Below are positions 31,156-32,000 of a DNA stretch of 32,000 nucleotides, piece by piece. The DNA is taken from assembly GCA_002421785.1 (NCBI GenBank), contig DIRZ01000003.1:210001-242000 (forward strand), read 5' to 3'. A program made the position numbers and the translations under genes. Each line of letters starts with the position of its first letter. Within the stretch, counting starts at the first letter, position 1. The notes beneath the pieces are model-generated. The model was not told the DNA's origin and made no database searches. It saw nothing but the letters and a program-made list of their open reading frames with translations. The DNA is from Candidatus Saccharimonadota bacterium. GTDB taxonomy: Bacteria; Patescibacteriota; Saccharimonadia; Saccharimonadales; Saccharimonadaceae.

Positions 31156-31920
31156 TTATTTGCTAAAAATATCTTTAAGATTCGTAAGTTCGCTCGGTAG
31201 AACAACCAGCGTCTTCTGGCTCGGCTCGACAGATATTTTTTCGAGGGTTTGCAGCGTACGGATATTGATACCCCCGGGAGTTTGCGAAAGCAACTTAGCC
31301 GCTTCCGAAACAGCCTGGGCTGCTTGCTTCTCTCCCTCGGCATTAATCACGACAGCGCGTCGCTCACGCTCTGCTTCTGCCTGCTTGGCCATTGCACGCT
31401 TCATGTCTTGCGGAAGCTCGATGTTCTGGACCTTTACGTTTTCAACGTCAATACCCCACTTGTCAGTCTCGGCGTCAACGATTGTTTTAATTTGCTGCGA
31501 AATCTCTTCGCGTTTTGCAAGCAAATCATCCAGATCGACGTTTCCCGTAACATCACGTAGTGCAGCCTGTGCAAACTGACTTGTTGCATAAATATAATTA
31601 GTGGTTTCGAGTATTGCCTTTTGCGCGTCGATAACACGGAAGTAAACGACCGCATCAACACCCACCGTAACATTATCTTTTGTAATGACTTCCTGTTTTG
31701 GTACGTCAATAGGAGTGCTGCGAACATCAACGCGACTCAACTTCTGAATGACAGGAAACACGTAGCGCAGACCCGGTTCGCGAATGCCGCTAAATTTACC
31801 AAGGGTAAGCACCACGCCTCGTTCGTACTGGTTAATTACCTTAATTCCACCGAGCAAAAAGATAGCCACAAATATAAACCCAGGGAAAATAAGTGTTGCT
31901 AGCGCTACGATAATTTCCAT
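31156..31920 (-). CDS. SPFH/Band-7 (stomatin/prohibitin-like) membrane protein
   Basis: N-terminal TM, then VINQYERGVVLTLGKF...TKDNVTVGVDAVVYFRV...AEGEKQAA, typical of SPFH domains. Confidence 0.85.
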   Translation of the reverse strand: MEIIVALATLIFPGFIFVAIFLLGGIKVINQYERGVVLTLGKFSGIREPGLRYVFPVIQKLSRVDVRSTPIDVPKQEVITKDNVTVGVDAVVYFRVIDAQKAILETTNYIYATSQFAQAALRDVTGNVDLDDLLAKREEISQQIKTIVDAETDKWGIDVENVKVQNIELPQDMKRAMAKQAEAERERRAVVINAEGEKQAAQAVSEAAKLLSQTPGGINIRTLQTLEKISVEPSQKTLVVLPSELTNLKDIFSK

Positions 31921-32000
31921 TTTTTCTCCTTATCTATTATATGTTCAGTATAGCACTGCGACTACTTTGCTGCGCTATCAATCAGTGCTTCTATGAGCTC

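Overview
This is a compact bacterial chromosomal segment of about 50% GC (estimated by eye). Almost all recognisable housekeeping genes lie on the minus strand.

Minus-strand genes, in coordinate order:
- rmuC (5' part, cut by the window edge) and a PAP2 phosphatase
- a class III ribonucleotide reductase operon: nrdD, nrdG, an FNR-like flavoprotein and a Cys-rich ORF
- hisS, an M20 peptidase and a GNAT
- a LOG-like protein and an Erm-like rRNA methyltransferase
- trmD, a KH-domain protein, rpsP, rnc, a Nudix hydrolase, nusB and rpmF
- leuS, murF, an HD-domain (p)ppGpp-hydrolase-like protein and rdgB
- a decayed IS30-family element
- two tandem CNNM/CorC transporters and a minimal zinc peptidase
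- DUF4342 and an SPFH/stomatin protein

Four tRNA genes lie on the plus strand: Gln-CUG, Gly-GCC, Phe-GAA and Gly-CCC. All four encode their CCA ends and have near-consensus promoters.

The plus strand otherwise carries only short orphan or accessory modules. Four of these are the most interesting:
1. A 2.2-kb AT-rich cassette lies next to tRNA-Phe and tRNA-Gly. It holds a secreted matrixin-like protease, a membrane-anchored orphan and a stop-interrupted small ORF. It is bracketed by long inverted repeats: 69 bp perfect, about 115 bp in total, and themselves quasi-palindromic.
2. Two small ORFs have extreme GC3 codon usage (about 83% and 89% by hand count). Visibly related consensus promoter and leader sequences drive both. 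One of them interrupts the conserved rpsP-KH-trmD operon and is followed by a structured element of about 100 nt.
3. A 24-nt duplicate of the tRNA-Gly(GCC) 5' end has its own promoter, followed by a structured 153-nt spacer upstream of the intact tRNA.
4. That tRNA-Gly(GCC) carries an apparent U19:A56 covariation at the elbow.

The gene content would fit a small-genome, host-associated lineage such as Patescibacteria/Saccharibacteria. That placement is inference only. All coordinates come from manual counting and may be off by a base or two.
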